In this document: one piece after another, positions 1-12,065 of the stretch
Position numbering within the stretch: position 1 is the first letter of the stretch
How the letters are laid out: each line of letters starts with the position of its first letter
Assembly (NCBI GenBank): GCA_030390025.1
Contig: JASTWF010000327.1
Location: 248,001-312,000 of the forward strand
DNA from: Squalus acanthias
Lineage: Eukaryota
Direction: 5' to 3'
DNA: 64,000 nt
Position numbers and translations under genes: made by a program
The notes under the pieces: model-generated
The model's database searches: none
Seen by the model: only the letters and a program-made list of their open reading frames with translations
What the model was told of the DNA's origin: nothing

Positions 1-654
1 TTATCTAACTCCTCGAGTGGACAGAATAGAGAAAGATCCCAACTCTAAGAACATCTAGAATCTGTTGTAAATATCTTTCAAATCCTGACTGGTCCAATCT
101 GTCGGTTTCCTTTCAATTGAAGTGAATGGAAGATGAAAGGGGTGTTGGCATATGGACCTCGGTTAATTCAGCTTCTGAAAGGTGTTCATGTTTAGTTCAT
201 TCGATATCGGGGAAAATGTGGTTGGTATCATTAGAGAGAGAGAGATTTAATTGAGCAACAGCTGGTGTTTGCAACTAACTGGCCTTGGATAATTTCATCA
301 TAGAATGTTTCGATCAGAAATATGATGTTGGGATAAGAAAAGTCTGGAGACTAGTGGTTTGTGCTGCCCCAGGAAGGCCACAGTGTTTTTACCTGCTTCT
401 GACGTTGTTGATGTGTGTTGAAGAAAATGCAGACTTGTGTCTCTGGACTGTGCAGTAGCCAGAGACGACCATATTAGGCAATGCCAGCTCCAGTTTGATA
501 AGAGGTTGATGGCAGAGCAAGAGATCCAGCAGTTTTAAGAATTTATCTCCCGTTATCTGCAGACATCGAATGTCGCAGCGTGCTGACAAAATTGGACTTA
601 AGACTTGAACCTATTGGGTTCAATTATTGGGATCAATTGTTATAGAATTGAATT

Positions 655-1274
655 GTTATAGAATGGAAAAGTAGTGAAGTTCTGCTTAACTTGTATCGAA
701 CCTTGGTTAGACCACACTTGGAGCACTGCGTACAATTCTGGTCGCCATATTATAAAAAGGATATAGAGGCACTGGAGAGGGTGCAGAGAAGATTTACAAG
801 GATGATACCAGAAATGAGAGGGTATACCTGTCAGGAAAGGATGGACAGGCTGGGCCTCTTTTCTCTTGAAAAAAGGCTGAGGGGTGACCTAATAGAGGTC
901 TTTAAAATGATGAAAGGTTTTGATAGAGTAGATACAGAGAGAGTGTTTCCCCTTGTGGGGAAGAGCATAACTAGAGGCCATCAATATAAGATAGTCACCA
1001 AGAAATCCAATAGGAAATTCAGGAGAAACTTCTTTACCCAGAGAGTGGTGAGAATGTGGAACTCGCTACCACAGGGAGTGGTTGAAGCGAATAGTATAGA
1101 TGCATTTAAGGGGAGGCTAGACAAGCATATGAGGGAGAAGGGAATAGAGGGTTATGCTGATAGAGTTAGATGGGGAAAGACGGGAGGAGGCTCGAGTGCA
1201 GCATAAACGCCGGCATGGACTGGTTGGGCCGAATGGCCTGTTTCTGTGCCGTATATCCTGTGTAATCCTGTGTA
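655..1274 (+). mobile_element. CR1 LINE 3' fragment (ORF2 C-terminus + 3' tail)
   Basis: ORF 691-1206 has CR1 ORF2 C-terminal motifs (LVRPHLEHCVQFWSP, RRNFFTQRVV.WNSLP); ends in short repeat (atcctgtgta)x2. Confidence 0.9.
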
Positions 1275-1624
1275 GTCACAGCAAACAGACAGTTTAACAG
1301 ACTGCCCATGGTCCACTCGAACCCCCACCTTCTCTCTCTCACTATTCATGGACACTGCTGCAGTAATTGCTCCTCTAACCTTTCCTCTCTTGTCCCTCCT
1401 ACACCCCCAAGACACGGCCCGACACAATCTCCCTCCCCCTACATCCTCACTGTGCTGGAATCCACACCAGTCTCCCCATCTGCTCCTTGTTCTCTCCCTG
1501 GATCCGAAAACTACTGAACTCAGTCTTCCCTCCTGAAGTCGACAGGCTCTAAAACTGAAGCTTGGTGTCCCTCAGTCCCTACTCCACCCCTTCTCCCCTC
1601 CTCTTTTCCCCCTTGGTTGTGTCG

Positions 1625-1912
1625 ACACTCTGGGCCTTGCCCGGGGATTCTCAGTATGAACAGGTGGGGTGTGTTTTGAGACAGGGTGTCCCCGCTCTCC
1701 TCCTCTTTTCCCCGGGGTGTGTCCACACTCTGGGCCTTGGGCCTTGCCCGGGGATTCTCAGTATGAACAGGTGGGGTGTGTTTTGAGACAGGGTGTCCCC
1801 GCTCTCCTCCTCTTTCCCTCGGGGTGTGTCCACACTCTGGGCCTTGGGCCTTGCCCGGGGATTCTCAGTATGAACAGGTGGGGTGTGTGTTGAGACAGGG
1901 TGTCTCCGCTCT
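1625..1912 (+). repeat. ~107-bp tandem repeat, ~3 copies
   Basis: ccacactctgggccttgggccttgcccggggattctcagtatgaacagg recurs at 107-bp offset (1723, 1830); single copy in inverted paralog ~38610-38690. Confidence 0.85.
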
Positions 1913-2023
1913 CCATCTTTAAAGGGACAAGGAGATGACCAGCTGGGCTGAATGGCCCTGCTTTATGACATCACTGCAGTGCCCGGCAACCAACCTCCCT
2001 GAGCCCTGCTCATTATGGGCTGG

Positions 2024-5000
2024 CAGTGTTTGATGGGACAGTGTTGAGGGAGGTTTACTCTGTATCTAACCCGTGCTGTACCTGCCCTGGGAGTGTTTGA
2101 TGGGACAATGTAGAGGGAGCTTTACTCTGTATCTAACCCGTGCTGTACCTGCCCTGGGAGTGTTTGATGGGACAGTGTAGAGGGAGCTTTACTCTGTATC
2201 TAACCCGTTGTGTACCTGCCCTGGGAGTGTTTGATCGGCCAGTATGGAGCGAGCTTTACTCTGTATCTAACTTGTGCTGTACCTGCCCTGGGAATATTTG
2301 ACGGGACAGGTTAGAGGGTGCTTTACTCTGTATCTAACCTGTGCTGTACCTGCCCTGGGAGTGTTTAATGGGACAGTGCAGAGGCGGCTTTACTCTGTAT
2401 CTAACCCATGCTGTACCTGCCCTGGGAGTGTTCGATGGGACAGTATAGAGCGAGCTTTACTCTGTATCTAACCCGTGCTGTACCTGCCCTGGGAGTGTTT
2501 GATGGAACAGCACAGAGGGAGCTTTACTCTGTATCTGACCTGTGTTGTACCTGCCCTGGGAGTGTTTGATGGGACAGTGTAGACGAAGCTTTACTCTGTA
2601 TCTAACCCGTACTGTACCTACCCTGGGAGTGATTGATGGGACAGTGTAGAGGGAGCTTAACTCTGTGTCTAACCCGTGCTGTACCTGCCCTGGGAGTGTT
2701 TGATGGGACAGTGTAGAGGGAGCTTTACTTTGCATCTAACCTGTGCTGTACCTGCCCTAGGAGTGTTTGATGGGACAGTGTAGAGGGAGCTTTAATCTGT
2801 ATCTGACCCGTGCTGTACCTGATCTTGCAGTGTTTGATGGGACAGTGTAGAGAGAGTTTGCTCTGTGTCTAACCCGTACTGTAGCTGCCCTGGGAGTGTT
2901 TGATGGGACAGTGTAGAGGGAGCTTTACTCTGTATCTAAACCTTGCTGCACCTGCCCTGGGAGTGTTTGGCGGGACAGTGCAGAGGGAGCTTTACTCTGC
3001 ATCTAACCCGTGCTGTACCTACCCTGGGAGTGTTTGATGGGACAGTGTAGAGGGAGCTTTGCTCTGTATCTTACCCGTGCTGTACCTGCCCTGGGAGTGT
3101 TTGATGGGACAGTGTAGAGGAAGCTTTACTCTGTATCGAACCTGTGCTGTACCTGCCCTGGGAGTGTTTGATGGGACAGTGTAGAGGGAGCTTTACTCTG
3201 TATCTAACCCGTGCTGTACCTGCCCTGGGAGTGTTTGATGGGACAGTGTAGAGATAGCTTTACTCTGTATCTAACCCGTGCTGTACCTACCCTGGAAGTG
3301 TTTGATGGGACAGTGTAGAGGGAGCTTTACTCTGTATCTAACCTGTGCTGTACCTGCCCTGGGAGTATTTGATGGGACAGTGCAGAGGGAGCATTACTCT
3401 GCATCTAACCCATGCAGTACCTGCCCTGGGAGTGTTTGATGGGGACAGTGTAGAGGGAGCTTTACTCTGTATCTAACCCGTGCTGTACCTACCCTGGGAG
3501 TGTTTGATGGGACAGTGTAGAGGGAGCTTTGCTCTGTATCTAACCCGTGCTGTACCTGCCCTGGGAGTGTTTGATGGGACAGTGTAGAGGGAGCTTTACT
3601 CTGTATCGAACCTGTGCTGTACCTGCCCTGGGAGTGTTTGATGGGACAGTGTAGAGGGAGCTTTACTCTGTATCTAACCCGTGCTGTACCTGCCCTGGGA
3701 GTGTTTGATGGGACAGTGTAGAGATAGCTTTACTCTGTATCTAACCCGTGCTGTACCTACCCTGGGAGTGTTTGATGGGACAGTGTAGCGGGAGCTTTAC
3801 TCTGTATAGAACCTGTGCTGTACCTGCCCTGGGAGTGTTTGATGGGACAGTGTAGAGGGAGCTTTACTCTGTATCTAACCCGTGCTGTACCTGCCCTGGG
3901 AGTGTTTGATCGGCCAGTATAGAGCGAGCTTTACTCTGTATCTAACCTGTGCTGTACCTGCCCTGGGAGTGTTTGATGGGACAGTGCAGAGGGGGCTTTA
4001 CTCTGTATCTAACCCGTGCTGTACCTGCCCTGGGAGTGTTTGATGGGACAGCACAGAGGGAGCTTTACTCTGTATCTGACCCGTGTTGTACATGCCTTGG
4101 GAGTGTTTGATGGGATAGTGCAAAGTGAGCTTTACTCTGTAACTAACCCTTGCTGTACCTGCCCTGGGAGTGTTTGATGGGACAGTGTAGAGGGAGCTTT
4201 ACTCTGTCTCTAACCCGTGCTGTACCTGCCCTGGGAGTGTTTGATGGGACAGTGTCGAAGGAGCTTTACTTTGTAGCTAACCCGTGCTGTACCTGCCCTG
4301 GGAGTAATTGATGGGACAATGCAGAGGGAGCTTTACTCTGTATCGAACCCGTGCTGTACCTGCCCTGGGAGTGTTTGATGGGACAGTGTAGAAGAAGCTT
4401 GACTCTGTATCTAACACGTGCTGAACCGACCCTGGGACTGTTTGATGGGACAGTGTCGAGGGAACTTTACTCTGTATCTAACCCGTGCTGTACCTGCCCT
4501 GGGAGTGTTTGATGGGACAGTGTAGAGGGAGCTTTGCTCTGTATTTAACCTGTGCTGTACCTGCCCTGGAAGTGTTTGATGGGACAGTGTCGAGGGAGCT
4601 TTACTCTGTATCTAAACCATGCTGTACGTGCCCTAGGAGTGTTTGATGGGATAATGTAGAGGGAGTTTTACTCTGTATCTAACCCGTGCTGTGCCTGCCC
4701 TGGGAGTGTTTGATGGGACAGTGTGGAGGGAGCTTTAATCTCTATCTAACCTGTACTGTACCTGCCCTGGGAGTCTTTGATGGGTCAGTGCAGAGGGAGC
4801 TTTAATCTGTATCTAACCCACGCTGTACCTGCCCTGGGATTGTTTGATGGGACAGTATAGAGGGAGCTTTACTCTGTCTCTAACCCGTGCTGTACCTGCC
4901 CTGGGAGTGTTTGATGGGACAGTGCAGACGGAGCTTTACGCTGTAGCTAACCCGTGCTGTACCTGCCCTGGGAGTGTTTGATGGGACAGTATAGAGGGAG

Positions 5001-8000
5001 CTTTACTCTGTCTCTAACCCGTGCTGTACCTGCCCTGGGAGTGTTTGATGGGACAAAGTAGAGGGAGCTTTGCTCTGTATCTAACCCGTGCTGTACCTGC
5101 CCTGGCAGTATTTCATGGGACAGTATAGAGGGAGCTTTACTCTATCTAACCCGTGCTGTACCTGCCCTGGGAGTGTTTGATGGGACAGTGTAGAGGGAGC
5201 TTTACTCTGTATCTAACCCGTGCTGTACCTGCCCTGGGAGTGTTTGATGGGACAGGACAGAGGGAGCTTTACTTTGTATCTAACCCGTGCTGTACCTGCC
5301 CTGGGAGTGTTTGATGGGACAGTGTAGAGGGAGCTTTACTTTGTACCTAACCCGTTCTGTACCTGCCCTGGGAGTGTTTGATGGGATAGTGTAATGGGAG
5401 CTTTACTCTGTATGTAACCTGTGCTGCACCTGCCCTTGGAATGTTTGATAGGACAGTGTAGAGGGAGCTTTACTCTATCTAACCCATGCTGTACCTGCCC
5501 TGGGAGTGTTTGATGGGACAGGACAGAGGGAGCTTTACTTTGTACCTAACCCGTTCTGTACCTGCCCTGGGAGTGTTTGATGGGATAGTGTAATGGGAGC
5601 TTTACTCTGTATCTAACCCGTGCTGTACCTGCCCTGGGAGTGTTTGATGGGACAGTGTAGAGGGAGCTTTACTTTGTACCTAACCCGTGCTGTACCTGCC
5701 CTGGGAGTGTTTGATGGGACACTGTAAAGGGAGCTTTACTCTGTATCTAACCTGTGCTTCACCTGCCCTAGGAGTGTTTGATGGGACAATGTGGAGGGAG
5801 CTTTACTCTGTATCTAACCCGTGCTGTACCTGCCCTGTGAGTGTTTGATGGGACAGTTTCGAGAGAGCTTTACTCTGTATCTAACCTGTGCTGTACCTGC
5901 CCTGGGAGTGCTTGATGGGACAGTGTAGAGGGAGCTTTACTCTGTATCTTACCTACGCTGTATCTTCCCTGGGAGTGTTTGATGGGACAGTATAGAGAGA
6001 GCTTTACTCTGTATCTAACCCATGCTGTACCTGCCCTGGGAGTGTTTGATGGGACAGTGTAGAGGGAGCTTTACTCTGTATCCAACCCGTGCTGTATCTG
6101 ACCTGGGAGTGTTTGATTCGACAGTGTACTGGGAGCGTTACTCTGTATCTAACCCGTGCTTTACCTGCCCTGTGAGTGTTTGATGGGACAGTGTATAGGG
6201 AGCGTTACTCTGTATCTAACCCGTGCTTTACCTGCCCTGGGAGTGTTTGATTCGACAGTGTAGTGGGAGCGTTACTCTGTATCTAACCCGTGCTTTACCT
6301 GCCCTGGGAGTGTTTGATGGGACAGTGTAGAGGGAGCGTTACTCTGTATCTAACCCGTGCTTTACCTGCCCTGGGAGTGTTTGATGGGACAATGTAGAGG
6401 GTGCTTTACTCTATATCTAACCCATGCTGTACCTGCCCTGGGAGTGTTTGATGGGACAGTGGAGAGGGAGCTTTACTCTGTATCTCACACGTGCTGTACC
6501 TGCCCTGTGAGTCTTTGATGGGACAGTGTTGAGGGAGCTTTACTCTGTATCTAACCCGTGCTGTACCTGCCCTGGGAGTGTTTGATGGGACAGTGTCGAG
6601 AGAGCTTTACTCTGTATCTAACCCGTGCTGTACCTGCCCTGGGAGTGTTTGATGGGACAGTGTAGAGGGAGCTTTACTCTGTATCTAACCCCTGCTGTAC
6701 CTGCCCTGGGAGTGTTTGATGGGACAGTGCAGAGGGAGCTTTGCTCTGTAACTAACCCGTGCTGTACCTGCCCTGGGAGTGTTTGATGGGACAGTGTAGA
6801 GGGAGCTTTACTCTGTATCTAACCCGTGCTGTACCTGCCCTGGGAGCGTTTGATGGGATAGTGTCGAGCGAGCTTTACTCTGTATCTAACCCGTGCTGTA
6901 CCTGCCCTGGGAGTGTTTGATCGGCCAGTATAGAGCGAGCTTTACTCTGTATCTAACCTGTGCTGTACCTGCCCTGGGAGTGTTTGATGGGACAGTGCAG
7001 AGGGGGCTTTACTCTGTATCTAACCCGTGCTGTACCTGCCCTGGGAGTGTTTGATGGGACAGCACAGAGGGAGCTTTACTCTGTATCTGACCCGTGTTGT
7101 ACATGCCTTGGGAGTGTTTGATGGGATAGTGCAAAGTGAGCTTTACTCTGTAACTAACCCTTGCTGTACCTGCCCTGGGAGTGTTTGATGGGACAGTGTA
7201 GAGGGAGCTTTACTCTGTCTCTAACCCGTGCTGTACCTGCCCTGGGAGTGTTTGATGGGACAGTGTAGAAGGAGCTTTACTTTGTAGCTAACCCGTGCTG
7301 TACCTGCCCTGGGAGTAATTGATGGGACAATGCAGAGGGAGCTTTACTCTGTATCGAACCCGTGCTGTACCTGCCCTGGGAGTGTTTGATGGGACAGTGT
7401 AGAAGAAGCTTGACTCTGTATCTAACACGTGCTGAACCGACCCTGGGACTGTTTGATGGGACAGTGTCGAGGGAACTTTACTCTGTATCTAACCCGTGCT
7501 GTACCTGCCCTGGGAGTGTTTGATGGGACAGTGTAGAGGGAGCTTTGCTCTGTATTTAACCCGTGCTGTACCTGCCCTGGGAGTGTTTGATGGGACAGTG
7601 TCGAGGGAGCTTTACTCTGTATCTAAACCATGCTGTACGTGCCCTAGGAGTGTTTGATGGGATAATGTAGAGGGAGTTTTACTCTGTATCTAACCCGTGC
7701 TGTGCCTGCCCTGGGAGTGTTTGATGGGACAGTGTGGAGGGAGCTTTAATCTCTATCTAACCTGTACTGTACCTGCCCTGGGAGTCTTTGATGGGACAGT
7801 GTAGAGGGAGCTTTAATCTGTATCTAACCCACGCTGTACCTGCCCTGGGATTGTTTGATGGGACAGTATAGAGGGAGCTTTACTCTGTCTCTAACCCGTG
7901 CTGTACCTGCCCTGGGAGTGTTTGATGGGACAGTGCAGACGGAGCTTTACGCTGTAGCTAACCCGTGCTGTACCTGCCCTGGGAGTGTTTGATGGGACAG

Positions 8001-9783
8001 TATAGAGGGAGCTTTACTCTGTCTCTAACCCGTGCTGTACCTGCCCTGGGAGTGTTTGATGGGACAAAGTAGAGGGAGCTTTGCTCTGTATCTAACCCGT
8101 GCTGTACCTGCCCTGGCAGTATTTCATGGGACAGTATAGAGGGAGCTTTACTCTATCTAACCCGTGCTGTACCTGCCCTGGGAGTGTTTGATGGGACAGT
8201 GTAGAGGGAGCTTTACTCTGTATCTAACCCGTGCTGTACCTGCCCTGGGAGTGTTTGATGGGACAGGACAGAGGGAGCTTTACTTTGTATCTAACCCGTG
8301 CTGTACCTGCCCTGGGAGTGTTTGATGGGACAGTGTAGAGGGAGCTTTACTTTGTGCCTAACCCGTTCTGTACCTGCCCTGGGAGTGTTTGATGGGATAG
8401 TGTAATGGGAGCTTTACTCTGTATGTAACCTGTGCTGCACCTGCCCTTGGAATGTTTGATAGGACAGTGTAGAGGGAGCTTTACTCTATCTAACCCATGC
8501 TGTACCTGCCCTGGGAGTGTTTGATGGGACAGGACAGAGGGAGCTTTACTTTGTATCTAACCCGTGCTGTACCTGCCCTGGGAGTGTTTGATGGGACAGT
8601 GTAGAGGGAGCTTTACTTTGTACCTAACCCGTGCTGTACCTGCCCTGGGAGTGTTTGATGGGACACTGTAAAGGGAGCTTTACTCTGTATCTAACCTGTG
8701 CTTCACCTGCCCTAGGAGTGTTTGATGGGACAATGTGGAGGGAGCTTTACTCTGTATCTAACCCGTGCTGTACCTGCCCTGTGAGTGTTTGATGGGACAG
8801 TTTCGAGAGAGCTTTACTCTGTATCTAACCTGTGCTGTACCTGCCCTGGGAGTGCTTGATGGGACAGTGTAGAGGGAGCGTTACTCTGTATCTTACCTAC
8901 GCTGTATCTTCCCTGGGAGTGTTTGATGGGACAGTATAGAGAGAGCTTTACTCTGTATCTAACCCATGCTGTACCTGCCCTGGGAGTGTTTGATGGGACA
9001 GTGTAGAGGAGCTTTACTCTGTATCCAACCCGTGCTGTATCTGACCTGGGAGTGTTTGATTCGACAGTGTACTGGGAGCGTTACTCTGTATCTAACCCGT
9101 GCTTTACCTGCCCTGTGAGTGTTTGATGGGACAGTGTATAGGGAGCGTTACTCTGTATCTCACCCGTGCTTTACCTGCCCTGGGAGTGTTTGATGGGACA
9201 ATGTAGAGGGTGCTTTACTCTATATCTAACCCATGCTGTACCTGCCCTGGGAGTGTTTGATGGGACAGTGGAGAGGGAGCTTTACTCTGTATCTCACACG
9301 TGCTGTACCTGCCCTGTGAGTCTTTGATGGGACAGTGTTGAGGGAGCTTTACTCTGTATCTAACCCGTGCTGTACCTGCCCTGGGAGTGTTTGATGGGAC
9401 AGTGTCGAGAGAGCTTTACTCTGTATCTAACCCGTGCTGTACCTGCCCTGGGAGTGTTTGATGGGACAGTGTAGAGGGAGCTTTACTCTGTATCTAACCC
9501 CTGCTGTACCTGCCCTGGGAGTGTTTGATGGGACAGTGCAGAGGGAGCTTTGCTCTGTAACTAACCCGTGCTGTACCTGCCCTGGGAGTGTTTGATGGGA
9601 CAGTGTAGAGGGAGCTTTACTCTGTATCTAACCCGTGCTGTACCTGCCCTGGGAGCGTTTGATGGGATAGTGTCGAGCGAGCTTTACTCTGTATCTAACC
9701 CGTGCTGTACCTGCCCTGGGAGTGTTTGATGGGACAGTGTAGAGCGAGCTTTACTCTGTATCTAACCCGTGCTGTACCTGCCC
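2024..9783. repeat. 67-bp satellite array, ~116 monomers
   Basis: Consensus gggagtgtttgatgggacagtgtagagggagctttactctgtatctaacccgtgctgtacctgccct repeated head-to-tail without spacers. Confidence 0.97.
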
Positions 9784-10285
9784 TTTTGTACTCTACACCC
9801 CTATTTATAAAACCTAAGATCCCATGTGCTTTTTAAACACTATCAGCTTGTCCCTCCCACTTTTAAAGGTGTGTGTATCTGAACCCCTTGTTGGTTTTAG
9901 TGATATTAACAGAACATGGCTAAAGTATATTAACATAAATGTCTGATATAATGGGCATTGTGGGAGAAGTTTAGTCTGAGTTAGAAACTCAAACAGGTGT
10001 TTCACTGCAGACAGGTCGCCATGGCAACACTGATAAGACATTCCATTCCACAAATTCCGCTCCTAATCAGATCAGTGGAAAGAACCGGCTTTGTCTGTTA
10101 TTAACCACAATATAAGCTTAAACCAGAGTGAGTAATAGAATAGATCAGATTATAATGTGTGATGTTTATACCTATAACTGTGAAACTATAAGAAATAACA
10201 TCATTAACAGCAGGCAGGGTAGTTTAGGGATAATGAGAACATTACTGAAGAAAAGGAAACCATGGAAAGTGTCCTTGTAAACCAC
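9784..10285 (+). repeat. Duplicated non-coding module X (copy 1)
   Basis: Homologous to ~17330-17716 (+) and ~37020-37625 (-); holds gtcgccatggcaac and ctgataag motifs. Confidence 0.75.
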
Positions 10286-10289
10286 ACCT

Positions 10290-10790
10290 CTTTACTGTTC
10301 GGCTCCTCGACTCCTTTTAAACTTTGACCATTTAATGTACTTTTCCTACCATTTTCTTCCTCCCAAAATGCATCACCTCACATTTCTCTGTGTTAAATTT
10401 CAGCTGCCATCTCCCTGCCCCATTTACTAACCTGTGTATTCACACTGAAGTCACTTACAGTCCTCTTCACAGTTGGCCAGGGTCCCTATTTTAGTCTCAT
10501 CTGGAGATTTTGATCTTGTGCCCCACATACCCAAGCCCAGATCATTTCTCGATATTGAGAAGAGCAGTGGTCCCAACACTGACCCTGGGGGACACCACTG
10601 TGTACATCCCTCCAGTCTGAAGAACATCCATTAACCACTACTCTCTGTTTTCTGCCCTTTACCCAACTTCCTATCCACGCTGCCCCACTCCCTTTAATAC
10701 CGTCAGCCTTCATTTGATCAACAAGCCTCCTGTCCGGCACCTTATCAAACACCTTTTGACAATCCATCTACACAACATCCACTGCATTTC
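10290..10790 (-). mobile_element. Old degenerate CR1 RT fragment (duplicated at ~18110-18940 and ~35810-36115)
   Basis: ORF 10486-10767 MDCQKVFDKVP...KQRVVVNG...SGVPQG is a decayed CR1 RT. Confidence 0.8.
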
Positions 10791-10973
10791 CTTTCTCACT
10801 ACACTGTGTTATTTCCTGAAATAATCCCTGCTGTCTGTCCTGAGTGAATCCATTTCACTACCAAATGTTGCAATGTTTGCTCCACCCCACAGGGTTCCAT
10901 CTGTGGTGTGGAGCAAACAACAGAAAGTCCACAAAGCGGCCCCGCGGCAAACTCCGGGACAGGGAGGAAGTGA

Positions 10974-12065
10974 GTCAGGGAGCGTCTGTAAATGGAGGAG
11001 AAATGGAGACTGGTCAGGGAGCGTCTGTAAATGGAGGAGAAATGGTGAATGGTCAGGGAGCGTCTGTAAATGGAGGAGAAATGGAGACTGGTCAGGGGGC
11101 GTGAGTAAATGGAGGAGAAATGGTGACAGGTCAGGGAGCATCTGTAAATGGAGGAGAAATGGAGACTGGTCAGGGAGCGTCTGTAAATGGAGGAGAAGTG
11201 GTGAGTGGTCAGGGAGCGTCTGTAAATGGAGGAGAAATGGTGAGTGGCCAGGGAGCGTGTGTAAATGGAGGAGAAATGGGGAATGGTCAGGGGGCGTGAG
11301 TAAATGGAGGAGATATGGTGACTGGTCAGGGAGCGTCTGTAAATGAAGGAGAAATGGTGAGTGGTCAGGGAGTGTCTGTAAATGGAGGAGGAATGGAGAC
11401 TGGTCAGGGAGCGTCTGTAAATGGAGGAGAAATGGAGACTGGTCGGAGTGTCTATAAATGAAGGTGAAATGGTGAGTGGTCAGGGCGCGTCTGTAAATGA
11501 AGGAGAAATGGTGAGTGATGAGGGAGCGTCTGTAAATGGAGGAGAAATGGAGACTGGTCAGGGAGCGTCTGTAAATGAGGAGAAATGGTGAATGGTCAGG
11601 GAGCGTCTGTAAATGGAGGAGAAATGGTGAATGGTCAGGGAGCGTCTGTAAATGAAGAGAAATGAGGACTGGTCAGGGAACTTCTGTAAATGAGAAGAAA
11701 TGGAGACTGGTCAGGGAGCGTCTGTAAATGAAGGAGAAATGGCGACTGGTCGGGGAGCGTCTGTAAATGGAGGAGAAATGGCGACTGGTCAGGGAGCGTC
11801 TGTAAATGTCGGAGCAATGGTGACTGGTCAGTGAGTGTCTATAAATGGAGGAGAAATGGGCACTGGTCAGGGAGTGTCTTTAAATGGAGGAGAAATGGGC
11901 ACTGGTCAGGGAGCATCTGTAAATTGAGAAGAAATGGAGACTGGTCAGGGAGCGTCTGTAAATGAAGGAGAAATGGCGACTGGTCGGGGAGTGTCTGTAA
12001 ATGAAGGAGAAATGGTGACTGGTCAGGGAGTGTCTGTAAATGAAGGAGAAATGGTGACTGGTCAG
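10974..12065 (+). repeat. 39-bp minisatellite, left part (~28 units)
   Basis: Unit ggtcagggagcgtctgtaaatggaggagaaatggtgact. Confidence 0.95.

Noticed and set aside
2024..9783. CRISPR-like array
   Set aside because: Contiguous monomers with no unique spacers, no cas genes, vertebrate context
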